Notes: generated from the sequence alone by a model not told the origin. 64,000 nucleotides of DNA from Candidatus Atelocyanobacterium thalassae (GCA_051971635.1 JBFPLN010000003.1:224001-288000), one strand, 5' to 3'; shown: positions 43,379 to 55,129, counted from the first letter of the stretch. Numbers and translations: made by a program.

Positions 43379-44569
43379 TTAGATACCTATTTCTTGTAGC
43401 TTACCACGTAGGATATTTGCTTCTATTTGTTTATCTTGAACCTCATAAAGTTTTATAGCTTTTTGAAATGCTTCAGAACTTTTAGAAATTTTTTTTAACT
43501 TAAATAAAATTACTCCTAAGTTTTGATAAATCTCAGCACAATTAGGATTTAGAGAAATTAACTTTTTATAAATGATTACAGAATCTAATAGTCTTCCCAT
43601 AGCACTTAAAACTATGGCAAGGTTATAGTAACCGGTTAAAAAATTAGGATCAATTTTTAAAGTTATTTCATAAACTTTGGCTGCATCTTTAAAATTTTTT
43701 ATATTTTGTAAAGCGACCCCATAATTATTATAGGCACCCAGCTTTAAAAAATCCATAATATCTTGAGCCACTGCCTTTTTATAATGTTTTATGGCTCGTT
43801 CGTTATTATTTGTTTTAGTATAAATATTACCTAGGTGATAATGTAATTCAAATAGTATATGAACATTTTCTTTGTTAAATTTTAAACCTTGTTTAAATAA
43901 CTTAATAGCTTGTTTCTCCCTACCTGCTTGAGAATATATGGCTCCTAACTTACTACAAGTATATGAATCATATGGATATTTTTTTAAGAAGCTCTCCATT
44001 GCCTCTTTAGCGCGATCATATTTATTCAAGGATAAAATTTGACCTGGAGTATAACCATAATGGAATATAGAGACTATAGGAAGGTCTACAATTTTCCAGC
44101 AATTTTCTACTTCTAATAGCTTAGTTATGCTCTCATCTATAGAAGAATGATAAGGACGAAAAAAAGAAATGCTTGAATGATTACGAAATAAACGAGAAAC
44201 TAGAGAATAAGGAGATTGAGATGCCCCTACTTCATAACGTACTAAATTAACTACTAAACTATCTTTTTGAGCGATATATTTTTTGATTTGCGGAATGGCC
44301 TCTTTATTGATAATTTCATCAGCATCGAGAACTAGCACCCAATCTTTAGTAACATATTTTAATGCTTCATTTCTCGCTGATGAAAAATCGTTATTCCACT
44401 TAAATGTAGGAACAATTGCTCCAAATTTTTTAGCAATTGCTATGGTTTTATCAGTTGAACCAGTATCTAAAACTATTATCTCGTCAACTAACTCTTTAAT
44501 ACTATCTAGACATTCAGATAGTCTCTCCTCTTCATTTTTAACAATCATGCAAAGACTAAGTTCTGTCAT
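43379..44569 (-). CDS. GT2 glycosyltransferase fused to TPR repeats
   Basis: Motifs LSLCMIVKNEE, DTGSTD, DFSSARN, LDADE and HYGY; TPR repeats at the C-terminus; start at ATG 44569. Confidence 0.9.
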   Translation of the reverse strand: MTELSLCMIVKNEEERLSECLDSIKELVDEIIVLDTGSTDKTIAIAKKFGAIVPTFKWNNDFSSARNEALKYVTKDWVLVLDADEIINKEAIPQIKKYIAQKDSLVVNLVRYEVGASQSPYSLVSRLFRNHSSISFFRPYHSSIDESITKLLEVENCWKIVDLPIVSIFHYGYTPGQILSLNKYDRAKEAMESFLKKYPYDSYTCSKLGAIYSQAGREKQAIKLFKQGLKFNKENVHILFELHYHLGNIYTKTNNNERAIKHYKKAVAQDIMDFLKLGAYNNYGVALQNIKNFKDAAKVYEITLKIDPNFLTGYYNLAIVLSAMGRLLDSVIIYKKLISLNPNCAEIYQNLGVILFKLKKISKSSEAFQKAIKLYEVQDKQIEANILRGKLQEIGI

Positions 44570-44978
44570 TTTTAATCTAAAGCTATTTTTCAATCTAATA
44601 GGTTATTAGAATTCGGCAGTAAATATGATTCTTTATATAGTATATTGTTAATAACATAATATTGTAGTTAATAATAATATTAATGATATTCAGTAAACTG
44701 AAAAACATTTAACTCTTAAATAGAATAAATTTCTTAGTATTTTTAAAAAAGGCACGGCTTCCTTTCATATAGGTGAATTTTTGCTTATGTCTCCGGAAAT
44801 ATAGATATTTCATTTATTTTTTTAAAAAACGCTTCAAATAAAAAAGCACTAGAACGGGTAAGACATTGTTTTAAATTTTTTCTCACAACTATCTCTTTAC
44901 TTTAAAAATCAATAAAGAATTATTGTGTATGGGTATAGTAATGATCCACTTTTTATTAAAGTTCATATAGATTATCTT

Positions 44979-46448
44979 ATGTCATTGACTCTATTAACAT
45001 CAAAGGAAATTCCTCAATTAATCTATCAACCTAATCGTGAGCACTTTGATGATACTTGGCGAAAACCATTAAGTATTTTATTAGGGTTAGGAAGAGCCGC
45101 AGGGGCAGATTTTTTAGAATTTTTTTTAGAAAGAACTAACTATCTCAGTTGTTTAGCAGAAGAGGAAATTATTACAGCTATTTCTCCTTCTTTATCTTCT
45201 GGTGCTGGGATACGTATTTTTAAAGGCAAAGCTGATTGCTATGTAAGTACTAACAATATTTCATTCAAAGGTCTTAGAGTAGCTTTAGAAAAAGGACTAT
45301 CTATTTTAGGCTTAAGTTTACCTTGTTCTAACTCTTATGTTTCAGAAGTAAATTTAGATTTATTAAAAGACTATACTATCAATAAGCAAAAAGAATCATG
45401 GTTGTCAAAATGTATTGCAATTGAAGAAATACGACAAATCCTACTTTCAGCAAACCAGTCAATCACTGCAAAAGTTAACCATATCCAATCTCGCCGTTCC
45501 ACTTATTTTAGAAATTGGCAAGAAGTTCTAGTTGCTTCCAGTGATGGTACCTTTGCTAGAGATATTCGTCTTACTCAATCCGTTGGTTATTCTTTACTGT
45601 GCGCAGATAGGGAACATCGTAGCTCAATAAATAAACGTTTTGGCGACACTAGTAACATTAACTTTTTAAGACAATGGGATTACGAAAATGCATCAGAAGA
45701 GATTGCAGAATCTGCTGGAAGAATGCTTTATGCTGATTTTGTTGAATCAGGTAATTATCCTATAGTTATGGCAAATAAGTTTGGTGGAGTAATTTTCCAT
45801 GAAGCTTGCGGACATCTTTTAGAAACTACTCAAATAGAAACTCATACAACTCCGTTCATAAATAAAAAAGGGCATAAAATTGCACATGAAAATTTGACAG
45901 CTTGGGATGAAGGATTATCGGATAAAGCTTTTGGAAGTATTGATATGGATGATGAAGGAATGCCTTCCCAAAGGACTCTTTTAATAGAAAACGGTATTTT
46001 AAAAAACTTTCTATCTGATCGAGCTGGCTATCTTCGTACTGGATTTCCCCGTACAGGTAATGGAAGACGTCAAAATTATGCGTATGCTCCAGCGTCTCGA
46101 ATGCGTAATACGTATATTGCTCCTGGCGATTATTCCATAAGCGATATTTTTGCCTCTATAGATAAAGGGATTTATTGTAAACAAATGGGTGGTGGTAGTG
46201 TTGGAGTTACAGGTGAATTCAATTTTTGTGTTTCTGAGGCATACCTAATTGAAAAGGGAAAATTAACAAAACCTTTAAAAGGAGCAACTTTGATTGGAAT
46301 AGCTCAAAATATAATGAACGAAATTTCAATGTGTTCACAAGATTTAGAGTATGCTCCAGGATTTTGCGGCTCTACAAGCGGTAGTATATACGTTACTGTT
46401 GGTCAGCCACATATTAAAGTTGATAAGATTACTGTAGGTGGTCGTTAA
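44979..46448 (+). CDS. tldD: TldD metalloprotease
   Basis: HEACGHLLE zinc motif; DDEG, TGNGRRQ, RMRNTY, GFCGS and VGQPH. Confidence 0.93.
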   Translation: MSLTLLTSKEIPQLIYQPNREHFDDTWRKPLSILLGLGRAAGADFLEFFLERTNYLSCLAEEEIITAISPSLSSGAGIRIFKGKADCYVSTNNISFKGLRVALEKGLSILGLSLPCSNSYVSEVNLDLLKDYTINKQKESWLSKCIAIEEIRQILLSANQSITAKVNHIQSRRSTYFRNWQEVLVASSDGTFARDIRLTQSVGYSLLCADREHRSSINKRFGDTSNINFLRQWDYENASEEIAESAGRMLYADFVESGNYPIVMANKFGGVIFHEACGHLLETTQIETHTTPFINKKGHKIAHENLTAWDEGLSDKAFGSIDMDDEGMPSQRTLLIENGILKNFLSDRAGYLRTGFPRTGNGRRQNYAYAPASRMRNTYIAPGDYSISDIFASIDKGIYCKQMGGGSVGVTGEFNFCVSEAYLIEKGKLTKPLKGATLIGIAQNIMNEISMCSQDLEYAPGFCGSTSGSIYVTVGQPHIKVDKITVGGR

Positions 46449-46778
46449 GATAAAAACTTAATAAGTATATGTTGTGTTAAATATATTTATAAAAAATAAC
46501 CACCACAATTAAGTATTATTTCAAATAATCAAATATAATTTATCAGCTGTATATTTATTTTTGAAAAAAATAATAATGTTTGCAGTGAATATATTAAGTT
46601 CGCTGGTTTACATCTTGATTGAAAATATAATCTCTTACATGCTTCTGAAACACCATAAGACCCAAAATATAATTAATTTTAGATACAGCTTAACATTATT
46701 CAATAATATCAATAATTAAATGTTTAATTCTAGAAAAATTAATAACTAAAAAGTGAAATATATTTTAGATTTAAAATT

Positions 46779-48263
46779 ATGAACTCATCTAAAATCACAA
46801 AAATTGAATATGTTGATGTTGTTATTGTCGGCGGCGGTATAGCTGGAATAGCAACTGCAGAGTTCTTAGCTCGTCATAGTAATTTATCTATTAAGCTTTT
46901 AGAAAAAGCTTCTCACCTGGGAACTGCGTCATCAGGAAAATTGGAAGGATGGTACCATACTGGGGCGCTATATTCTGGACAAGATGATGCACAAACATTC
47001 ATTAATTGTGTAAATGGAGTTGAAGATTTAATTAATTTTTATACTCCATATTTTACCTCTCAGTGCAATATCAATTTGTCAGAAAAAAGAACTAATTTTT
47101 TTACACCTTCAGTTATTCCCAAATCGGGAAGTTGGTTTGATAATTCTCCAGTTTATTTAATTCATCCTCAACTTGGTTCTCCAGAAATTTATCTTTCTCG
47201 TCTTAAAAGCGATTTAATACATATTAATAATCAAAAAGAAAGAGTTTTAGGAAGATTAGAAGCTGCCTATGGGGAACAGCATAATTGGTTGGTTAATAAT
47301 AGATGTACTGCTCCAAATTATGCCCAAGTTGAAAACAATGAGAGAATAGAATCTTCTCTAAAACAATCAACGACTACTATTCGTAATCTTTGTAATCAAT
47401 TTAATTTGTCATATGGAATAAAAACTACTACCTATGACTATATTAAAACTTTAGATTGTTCTATGAATACTGATAAAATTTTAAAGGATTTAGTATCTAG
47501 CTCTCTTAGCCATGGCGTAAATTTTGAAACAGGAATTAAAATTGAAAAATTGTCGATGGATAATTATGGGCCTATTCGTTTGAAGAGTTTATTATGCGAA
47601 ACAAAAGAAGGACTATTAAAAAAATTTAAGGCACGATTATTTATTTTTGCTGTTGGTAATGGATTTGAACCATTTTTAAGAGATTTACAAATAAGAGCAA
47701 GATTAAAATGCAATAAAAGTACTATGCTAGTAGCTGTTCCTCCTCTTGCTGATGTAAATTTCTTTAGGATGTCAACTAAAAATCATTTTCATTTCAATCA
47801 TTTTCTACGACAGCCAGATCCTAATAGTCATGCCTATTCAATATTGGCTAATTCTGGCTATGTTAATAGTGAAATAAATCATGAAATTAATACTGATCCT
47901 ATTTTAGAAGCAGCAGAGCGTTATTTTGGCGCTACTAATTTATATAGTAGAGAATTATATAGCTATGAATGTACAAAAACTGAATTCGTTAGTGAAGAAG
48001 AACAAAAACGACGTTATAGTTATTGGATTGAATCTAAGCCAAATAGTAATTATATATGCATACTGCCAGGAAAATTCTCCTTTTTCCCCACAGTAGCTTA
48101 TCAAGCTTATCAAAGAATTAGAACCTTGTTAGATTTTCAAGAGATAAAGCCTAAATTAAAATTTCAGACCACTGATGATCTTGAAATCAAAGCGAATAGT
48201 TTAGTAGCTAATTCATATTCTTCTCAAATTTCTGTAAATAGTTATTCTCCTATTATTAAATAG
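46779..48263 (+). CDS. FAD-dependent oxidoreductase (DAO/GlpD-like N-terminus), function unknown
   Basis: Rossmann motif VVIVGGGIAG...LLEK; ASSGKLEGWYHTG; C-terminal PGKFS. Confidence 0.75.
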   Translation: MNSSKITKIEYVDVVIVGGGIAGIATAEFLARHSNLSIKLLEKASHLGTASSGKLEGWYHTGALYSGQDDAQTFINCVNGVEDLINFYTPYFTSQCNINLSEKRTNFFTPSVIPKSGSWFDNSPVYLIHPQLGSPEIYLSRLKSDLIHINNQKERVLGRLEAAYGEQHNWLVNNRCTAPNYAQVENNERIESSLKQSTTTIRNLCNQFNLSYGIKTTTYDYIKTLDCSMNTDKILKDLVSSSLSHGVNFETGIKIEKLSMDNYGPIRLKSLLCETKEGLLKKFKARLFIFAVGNGFEPFLRDLQIRARLKCNKSTMLVAVPPLADVNFFRMSTKNHFHFNHFLRQPDPNSHAYSILANSGYVNSEINHEINTDPILEAAERYFGATNLYSRELYSYECTKTEFVSEEEQKRRYSYWIESKPNSNYICILPGKFSFFPTVAYQAYQRIRTLLDFQEIKPKLKFQTTDDLEIKANSLVANSYSSQISVNSYSPIIK

Positions 48264-48476
48264 TAGTAAGAATAGTTATTACAAATAACTTATGTATTAA
48301 GTTTAAGGTACTTTCCTTTTATTATAAAAAATAATTCAAAGTATGTTAAGTATTATACTAAATAGTACTTAGTTATTTTTAAATGATAATTTCTAAATTA
48401 GGTATCTAAAAAATATAATTTTAACTATTATTTTTTGACTCAAAATTACAGATTCAATAAATAATTTTTATAGATA

Positions 48477-49337
48477 ATGGCTATGGTAGACAAAAAAAAA
48501 TTAAACTCAGGAACTTTATATGTAGTGGGAACACCTATCGGTAACCTAGAAGATATAACACTACGAGCAATTAGGATTCTAAAATCAGTTGATTTAATTG
48601 CAGCAGAAGACACTCGTCATACTGCTAAACTGCTAAATTACTTCCAAATAGCTACTTCTAAAATTAGTTATCACCAACATAATTATGCAATTCGTCAAGA
48701 TGAGTTAGTAGATAAATTAAAACTAGGAAATACAATTGCTTTAGTAAGTGATGCTGGAATGCCAGGTATTTCAGATCCTGGCTATGATTTAATCTGTTCA
48801 TGTATTGTTGAAAATATTCTTGTAATTCCAGTTCCAGGTCCTACAGCAGTTATTACAGCTCTTACAACGTCGGGGCTACCAAGTAATCGTTTTGTTTTTG
48901 AAGGGTTTTTACCTATCAAAGCTCATATAAGAGAAGAACGTCTCAATTCTTTAAGGGAAGAAACTCGTACAATTGTTATTTATGAGTCTCCTCATCGCTT
49001 ATTAAAAACTTTAATTGATTTTGTAGAGATATTTGGTAGCAATCATAGGATCACCATAGGAAGAGAACTAACTAAATATTATGAAGAGTTTTGGAGGGGT
49101 AATCTAAAAGATGCCGTACTACATTATAAAGAAACTAAAAATATAAAAGGAGAATTTACACTAGTTTTATCTGGTTGCTCTCAGAATAACTTGTTAGATT
49201 TAAACATTGAACAGGTAAAAGTTGAGTTACAAAAATTACTAGAGAAAGGAATGACAAGATCTCAAGCTAGTAAGTATTTAGCCACGACAGTAAATTTTTC
49301 TCGTCGTCAAATCTATGAAATATCTTTAAATAGTTAA
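48477..49337 (+). CDS. rsmI: 16S rRNA (cytidine1402-2'-O)-methyltransferase
   Basis: Motifs GTPIGNLEDIT, AEDTRHT, SDAGMPGISDPG, YESPHR and RELTK. Confidence 0.96.
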   Translation: MAMVDKKKLNSGTLYVVGTPIGNLEDITLRAIRILKSVDLIAAEDTRHTAKLLNYFQIATSKISYHQHNYAIRQDELVDKLKLGNTIALVSDAGMPGISDPGYDLICSCIVENILVIPVPGPTAVITALTTSGLPSNRFVFEGFLPIKAHIREERLNSLREETRTIVIYESPHRLLKTLIDFVEIFGSNHRITIGRELTKYYEEFWRGNLKDAVLHYKETKNIKGEFTLVLSGCSQNNLLDLNIEQVKVELQKLLEKGMTRSQASKYLATTVNFSRRQIYEISLNS

Positions 49338-49439
49338 TATATATCAACATCTTTATTGTGACAATATTGATAAAAACTAGTTAGCAATAGGCTTTATAAA
49401 ATAAGATTCTAGCTATGTATAACTTATGATATTTTATGT

Positions 49440-50480
49440 ATGGTTTTTCTTCGAAAACTAAAAAAAAAGACTATGATTTATATGTCTGAGCAACTTAAAA
49501 AGAAAGTCTCTTCTCCACTAACGATAGGATCGTTGATTCTTAATAGCAGAGTTTTACAGTCACCTTTAGCTGGAGTAACAGATTTAGCATTTCGTAAGTT
49601 AGTTCGACGCTATTCTCCTAATTCCATGATTTATACAGAAATGTTTAATGCAACGGAATTATGTCATTTGAGAGAAACGCAACAATTTATTGATGTCGAT
49701 ATTGAACAGAAACCAATTGGAATCCAAATATTTGATTCTCGTTACTATTTTATGGTGGAAGCAGCTCAAAAAATAGAAAATCAAGGCGCACAGACAATTG
49801 ATATAAATATGGGTTGTCCAGTTAATAAGATTACAAAAAAAGGGGGAGGATCTTCATTATTGAAGCAACCTAAAGCAGCTCAAAAAATTATTTCTGAGAT
49901 TGTGAAAGTTGTAAAAATACCTGTTACTGTGAAGACAAGAATTGGCTGGAACGATAGTGAAATTAACATATTAGATTTTGCGAGAATGATGGAAGATGCT
50001 GGAGCTTCTATGTTAACTATTCACGCAAGAACTAGAAGTCAAGGATATAGTGGAACTCCCTATTGGCAATGGATTAAAAAAATTAAAGACAATTTATTAA
50101 TTCCGATTATAGCGAACGGAAATATCTTTTCTATTGAAGATGCAGTTAAATGCCTAGAAATGACAAATGCAGATGGAGTGATGTGCTCTAGAGGAACTTT
50201 GGGGTATCCATTTTTAGTAGGAGAGATTGATCATTTCTTTCAAACAGGTCATCGTTTACCTATAATTACTCCTCGTCAAAGATTAAAATGTGCTAAGGAT
50301 CATTTAAAAGAGCTTTGGCAAGATAAAGGTAATCAAGGAATTTATCAAGGAAGAAAGCATCTTCGTTGGTATTGTCAAGGATTTCCTGGCGCATCAGAGT
50401 TAAGAAAAAAAATTGTACAAATTCAAGATATGGAAGAAGGAAGTAATCTTTTAGATAAAAGTATTGAATTGTGTGTATAA
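49440..50480 (+). CDS. dusB: tRNA dihydrouridine synthase DusB
   Basis: Motifs PLAGVTD, DINMGCP, VTVKTRIGW, IHART and ANG. True start may be downstream (about 49482). Confidence 0.93.
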   Translation: MVFLRKLKKKTMIYMSEQLKKKVSSPLTIGSLILNSRVLQSPLAGVTDLAFRKLVRRYSPNSMIYTEMFNATELCHLRETQQFIDVDIEQKPIGIQIFDSRYYFMVEAAQKIENQGAQTIDINMGCPVNKITKKGGGSSLLKQPKAAQKIISEIVKVVKIPVTVKTRIGWNDSEINILDFARMMEDAGASMLTIHARTRSQGYSGTPYWQWIKKIKDNLLIPIIANGNIFSIEDAVKCLEMTNADGVMCSRGTLGYPFLVGEIDHFFQTGHRLPIITPRQRLKCAKDHLKELWQDKGNQGIYQGRKHLRWYCQGFPGASELRKKIVQIQDMEEGSNLLDKSIELCV

Positions 50481-50695
50481 AAAATTCTCTCTGAAATCTC
50501 ATTAAATTTTAAAATGAGAAAAGTACAGAATTACCTGAATTATAAAAAAGTTCTGAAATCACTTGTAGCGTAAGCATTATTTAATACTATTAGTTGTATA
50601 AAACCTTTACAAAATTTGTTATGTATAAAAATAAATCAAATGTTTTATGTTATCTGATGCTCTGAAAAAATTTTCGATATATTTTAATATTGCAC

Positions 50696-50732
50696 AATAC
50701 TACTAGAAATCATATTGATTTTTAGTAGTATT
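50696..50732. repeat. 17-bp-arm inverted repeat (1 mismatch) in the dusB-guaA spacer
   Basis: aatactactagaaatca-tat-tgatttttagtagtatt. Confidence 0.7.
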
Positions 50733-50954
50733 AATTCCTAAAATAATTTATTATTATCTTTCTCAAAGATAAATAATAACAAATTAACTTTTTAATAAAA
50801 GTTAATTTTCATTTAATTTAAGTAGATAATTCAAAAAAATGTTATATTAATTTGAGTATTTCTTTTAAAAATTCCAAATTTCTATTTATATATAAATATA
50901 TTAAGAATAGAACTTATTACTTATTAACTATTTATTTGTCCGGACCCTCCAAAC

Positions 50955-52589
50955 GTGACTACTCAAAATCCTTTTATTACCAACAACTCAGAAACTCTTC
51001 CAGTAAACGTTTCGGGTGATACCTTTAATCTTAATCATCAAATGATAGTTATTCTTGATTTTGGTTCTCAATATTCAGAATTAATCGCACGTCGAATTCG
51101 AGAGACGCACGTTTATTCTGAAGTTATATCCTACCAAACTGATATAAAAAAAATATATGAACTTAATCCAAAAGGGATTATTCTTTCAGGGGGGCCTAAT
51201 TCAGTTTATAGTGACTTTTCCCCACAGTGTGATGTAAAAATATGGGACCTAGGTATTCCTATCCTAGGTATTTGCTATGGAATGCAGCTGATGGTGCAGC
51301 AGCTTGGAGGGCGAGTTGAAAAAGCAGAGTATGGAGAATACGGTAAAGCACTCTTAAAAATAGATGATCCGACAGATCTATTTACTAACTTAGAGGACGG
51401 CTCCACTATGTGGATGAGTCATGGAGATTCGTCTACAAAGCTACCTGAAGGATTCTCTGTTTTAGCTCATACAGATAATACACCATGTGCTGCTATCGCT
51501 AATCATGATAAAAAGCTCTTTGGCGTACAATTCCATCCAGAAGTTGTTCATTCTGTGGGAGGAATTGCTATTATACGAAATTTTGTTTATCACATTTGTG
51601 GATGTGAGCCTACATGGACAACAAAAGCATTTGTTGATGAAACTATTAATGAAATTCGCAAAAAAGTTAAAGAGAAAAAAGTGTTATTGGCTTTATCTGG
51701 AGGAGTAGATTCTTCAACATTAGCTTTTTTATTGCATCAAGCTATTGGTGATAATTTAACCTGCATGTTTATTGACCAAGGTTTTATGCGAAAAGGAGAA
51801 CCAGAACGTCTTGTAGATATATTTAGTAAACAATTTCATATTCCAGTTGAGTATGTTAATGCAAGAGAACGCTTCATCAAAAAGTTAGAAGGAATCGTTG
51901 ATCCCGAAAAAAAGCGCCATCTTATTGGACACGAATTTATACAGGTATTTGAAGAAGAATCCCAGCGCCTTGGCCCTTTTGACTATTTAGCCCAAGGTAC
52001 ACTTTATCCTGACGTAATAGAATCTGCAGATATCAATGTTGCTCCTAATGCAGGTGAAAGAGTCGCTGTTAAAATTAAGAGTCATCACAATGTTGGAGGC
52101 TTACCTAAAAACTTAAGATTTAAACTCGTAGAACCTTTACGTAAATTGTTTAAAGATGAGGTTCGAAAAGTTGGCCAATCTATTGGTCTACCAGAAGAGA
52201 TAGTGCGTCGTCATCCTTTCCCTGGGCCAGGACTAGCTATTCGTATAATTGGAGAAGTTACTGCAGAACGTTTAAACATACTAAGAGATGCGGATTATAT
52301 CGTAAGAGATGAAATCAGCAAGCAAGGTGTATATCATGACCTCTGGCAAGCATTTGCTGTATTACTACCTATTCGTAGTGTTGGTGTTATGGGAGATAAA
52401 CGTACATATTCCCATCCTATAGTATTGCGTCTTATTACCAGTGAGGATGGTATGACTGCCGATTGGGCAAAGGTTCCTTATGAGCTCTTGGAAACTATTT
52501 CTAATCGTATTGTCAATGAAGTAGGGGAAGTGAATCGCGTAGTCTATGATATAACTTCCAAGCCTCCAGGAACTATTGAGTGGGAATAA
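50955..52589 (+). CDS. guaA: GMP synthase (glutamine-hydrolysing)
   Basis: Motifs [35 protein letters not shown] and KPPGTIEWE. Confidence 0.99.
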   Translation: MTTQNPFITNNSETLPVNVSGDTFNLNHQMIVILDFGSQYSELIARRIRETHVYSEVISYQTDIKKIYELNPKGIILSGGPNSVYSDFSPQCDVKIWDLGIPILGICYGMQLMVQQLGGRVEKAEYGEYGKALLKIDDPTDLFTNLEDGSTMWMSHGDSSTKLPEGFSVLAHTDNTPCAAIANHDKKLFGVQFHPEVVHSVGGIAIIRNFVYHICGCEPTWTTKAFVDETINEIRKKVKEKKVLLALSGGVDSSTLAFLLHQAIGDNLTCMFIDQGFMRKGEPERLVDIFSKQFHIPVEYVNARERFIKKLEGIVDPEKKRHLIGHEFIQVFEEESQRLGPFDYLAQGTLYPDVIESADINVAPNAGERVAVKIKSHHNVGGLPKNLRFKLVEPLRKLFKDEVRKVGQSIGLPEEIVRRHPFPGPGLAIRIIGEVTAERLNILRDADYIVRDEISKQGVYHDLWQAFAVLLPIRSVGVMGDKRTYSHPIVLRLITSEDGMTADWAKVPYELLETISNRIVNEVGEVNRVVYDITSKPPGTIEWE

Positions 52590-52644
52590 TTAAAAAAAAT
52601 CGAGCTATGACATTAAAACATCATAGCTCGATTTTTTTTAATTA
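52587..52644. terminator. Perfect 24-bp-arm inverted repeat starting in the guaA stop codon
   Basis: taattaaaaaaaatcgagctatga-cattaaaaca-tcatagctcgattttttttaatta. Confidence 0.88.
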
Positions 52645-52671
52645 CTGAAAATAAGTTTAAAAATATGGGCT

Positions 52672-52703
52672 CTCAGAATTGTTTCACATGAAACAATTCT
52701 GAG
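52672..52703. repeat. 15-bp-arm palindrome with a parS-like core TGTTTCACATGAAACA
   Basis: ctcagaattgtttca-ca-tgaaacaattctgag; core at 52680-52695. Confidence 0.75.
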
Positions 52704-52788
52704 GTCATTATTCCTATATATGTCTTTAAATCTTTTTGCTTTTAGTCTCCGATTAGTTGATTATTTTAAGTAATTCTGGCATTAATAG

Positions 52789-53565
52789 CTACATATTATT
52801 TAATTCTCGTCTAAGTTTTTCTAATTCTTCATCATCAGCAATTTGATCTTTCGAGGAGGAATCATTATCTTCGATTGATTCGGGTAAGATACCTTTGGAA
52901 GAACTAGAACCAGATATTTGAGATTTTAACATTGCCAATTCTTCATCTACTTCACTACTAGCTTCTAATTGAGCGAATTGTCCTTCAACTCCAGATGCTG
53001 CTAGTTCTCCTATAGATTGGGATTGAGCTTCCATGTCCAAGACTTTACTTTCCATACGTTCAAAAGCAGACATAGAAGTGCTTGTATCTAATCCGCTCAT
53101 AGTCTTTTGTAAAGATTGAGTAGCTTTTGCTGCTTTTGAACGAGCAATAAGAATATTCTTTTTAGTTTTAGCTTCTCCAATTTTACTTTCTAGAGTCGCT
53201 AAATTTTGACGCATTGTTTCAAGTTGAGCATTTTGTTGATTCAGTTGTTCATTAAGAGTCAAAGCAGTTTCAGAGTAAGATTTCTTACGCACCAATGCTT
53301 CTCTGGCAAGGTCTTCTTCTTTCCTGGATATAGCTAGTTTTGCTCTCTGTTCCCAATTATTAGCCTCCATAAGTGATTTTTTATACTGTGATTCGATCCG
53401 TTTTTGGGAACTAAGACTTTGAGCGAATGCTTGTTTTAATTGAACTAAATCTTCACTCATGTCAACAAGTGTCTGTTCTAAAACTTTTTCCGGATCTTCT
53501 GCTTTACTGACAAGATCGTTAAGATTAGCTCTCACAACCCGACTTAGACGATCAAATAGTCCCAT
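52789..53565 (-). CDS. vipp1: Vipp1/IM30 (PspA family)
   Basis: N-terminus MGLFDRLSRVVRANLN..AEDPEK, AFERME motif, and the C-terminal extra helix DEELEKLRRELNNM typical of Vipp1. Confidence 0.92.
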   Translation of the reverse strand: MGLFDRLSRVVRANLNDLVSKAEDPEKVLEQTLVDMSEDLVQLKQAFAQSLSSQKRIESQYKKSLMEANNWEQRAKLAISRKEEDLAREALVRKKSYSETALTLNEQLNQQNAQLETMRQNLATLESKIGEAKTKKNILIARSKAAKATQSLQKTMSGLDTSTSMSAFERMESKVLDMEAQSQSIGELAASGVEGQFAQLEASSEVDEELAMLKSQISGSSSSKGILPESIEDNDSSSKDQIADDEELEKLRRELNNM

Positions 53566-53831
53566 AATATTTTTTTTCCTCTTGATATTGACAAATTTTA
53601 CTAAGGTTCATGATTAAAATAACATTTTATCTCTTAATTGAGATATGGTAATTTCTAGTTTATCAGTTGTTTTTCAATTAATCATTAACTTCACTCTAAT
53701 TAAATAACTCAAAATGTATGTAATAAGTATACGGCAATAATAAAAAATTAATAATGGTATAGTAATTAATTCTAATAAAGTTAGAGTAAATAATATAACC
53801 TATTCTAAATTTTTCTATCACGTTTTACTTT

Positions 53832-54155
53832 TTATATTTGTTTTTTTAGTTCTTGTTGTTTAATTGCTTTGATTTGATTTTCTCGGAATGATTTAGTAGC
53901 TTCACTCAAATCACTCATGGTATCTTCTATAAATTCACCATTATTACGACTTCTTTGAAAATTAGTTTTATGCATTAGGTTTAAAGGATTTATAAGATTT
54001 TCTGATGCCTCAGCTTCATTTTCTTTACTATTTTGATAAGAATATGTATTGATTGATTTCTTTGATTGAGAATAAGCTTTTGGGATATTATCAAAAGTAA
54101 CTATCCAAAAAATTAGCAAAAATATGAACTTAAGTAGTTCAATTTTTTTAAACAT
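53832..54155 (-). CDS. Hypothetical secreted protein
   Basis: Signal-peptide-like N-terminus; NPLNLMHKTNFQRSR. Confidence 0.65.
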   Translation of the reverse strand: MFKKIELLKFIFLLIFWIVTFDNIPKAYSQSKKSINTYSYQNSKENEAEASENLINPLNLMHKTNFQRSRNNGEFIEDTMSDLSEATKSFRENQIKAIKQQELKKQI

Positions 54156-54195
54156 TTAAAGTTATCCTCCCTGGTAAATAGTTATTAATTCTGAA

Positions 54196-55071
54196 CTAGT
54201 TAAACCTTCGACGTAATAATGGTTGAATAGAAAATAAAACTAGTACATCAAATCCTAATAATAAAAGCAAGACTTCTATCCCATTGATCTCGATAAAGGG
54301 ATTTCTAAAGATGATACTATCCATGGATAAATTTCCATAAAGATAAATATATCTTATAAATTCGATAGCATAGGTAAGAGGATTTAAACTAGCAATAATT
54401 TGCAACCATCTTGCCATAAAAGATAGAGGTGCAAGAGCAGTACTTGCGAAGAGTAGGGGTAAGTTGGTAACAAAAATAACGGCGATAAGCTCAATATGAC
54501 CAGGTAATGCAAAAGCAAGTCCTAAACTTAATCCTGTTATTCCACATACAGTTAATAAGACAACGATAGTAATCGCTATTAAATCAATAATATTAGGAAC
54601 TCCGGCTCCTAACATTGAACTTGCTATTACAATAACTCCTGTTTGTATTAGACTCAGACTAACAATATATAAAGTGGAAGATGCAACAATAGAATATCTG
54701 GAGGATAATGGAGCAACTAGCAAACGATTAAGGAACCCAAATTCTCTATCAAACATGATGGGAAGTCCTGCATTCAATGCTCCTGAAAAAGCTGTGAATA
54801 TTATAATTCCAGGCGATAAAAACTTTGCATAATTAACGTTATTTTCAAATATTCCTTCTGGGGCATTATAAAATAATGCCCCAAATAATATTAGCCACAT
54901 AAAAGGTTGAATAATACCTGCTATTAAACTAGAAGGTCGACGCCATAATTGAATGAATAAACGCTTAGTCATAGCTAAGGTTTCTTGTAAAAATTCTGAT
55001 AAAAAATTTTCCTGTTGAGAAGTGTTATTTATAGAATTTGGTGATAAAAAATCTTTATTCTCAGAAGACAC
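54196..55071 (-). CDS. ABC-2 type transporter permease (Ycf38-like)
   Basis: Motifs MFDREFGFLNRLLVAP and LNPLTYAIE. Confidence 0.9.
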   Translation of the reverse strand: MSSENKDFLSPNSINNTSQQENFLSEFLQETLAMTKRLFIQLWRRPSSLIAGIIQPFMWLILFGALFYNAPEGIFENNVNYAKFLSPGIIIFTAFSGALNAGLPIMFDREFGFLNRLLVAPLSSRYSIVASSTLYIVSLSLIQTGVIVIASSMLGAGVPNIIDLIAITIVVLLTVCGITGLSLGLAFALPGHIELIAVIFVTNLPLLFASTALAPLSFMARWLQIIASLNPLTYAIEFIRYIYLYGNLSMDSIIFRNPFIEINGIEVLLLLLGFDVLVLFSIQPLLRRRFN

Positions 55072-55129
55072 AAGTTTTTATTTCCGCTTTGTTATTTATT
55101 ATTTTATGATTCTAACTCAATATTATGGT

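Noticed and set aside
50554..50580. ctgaaatcacttgtagcgtaagcatt, resembling dispersed cyanobacterial intergenic repeats
   Set aside because: A single degenerate instance with no supportable second copy in the window.
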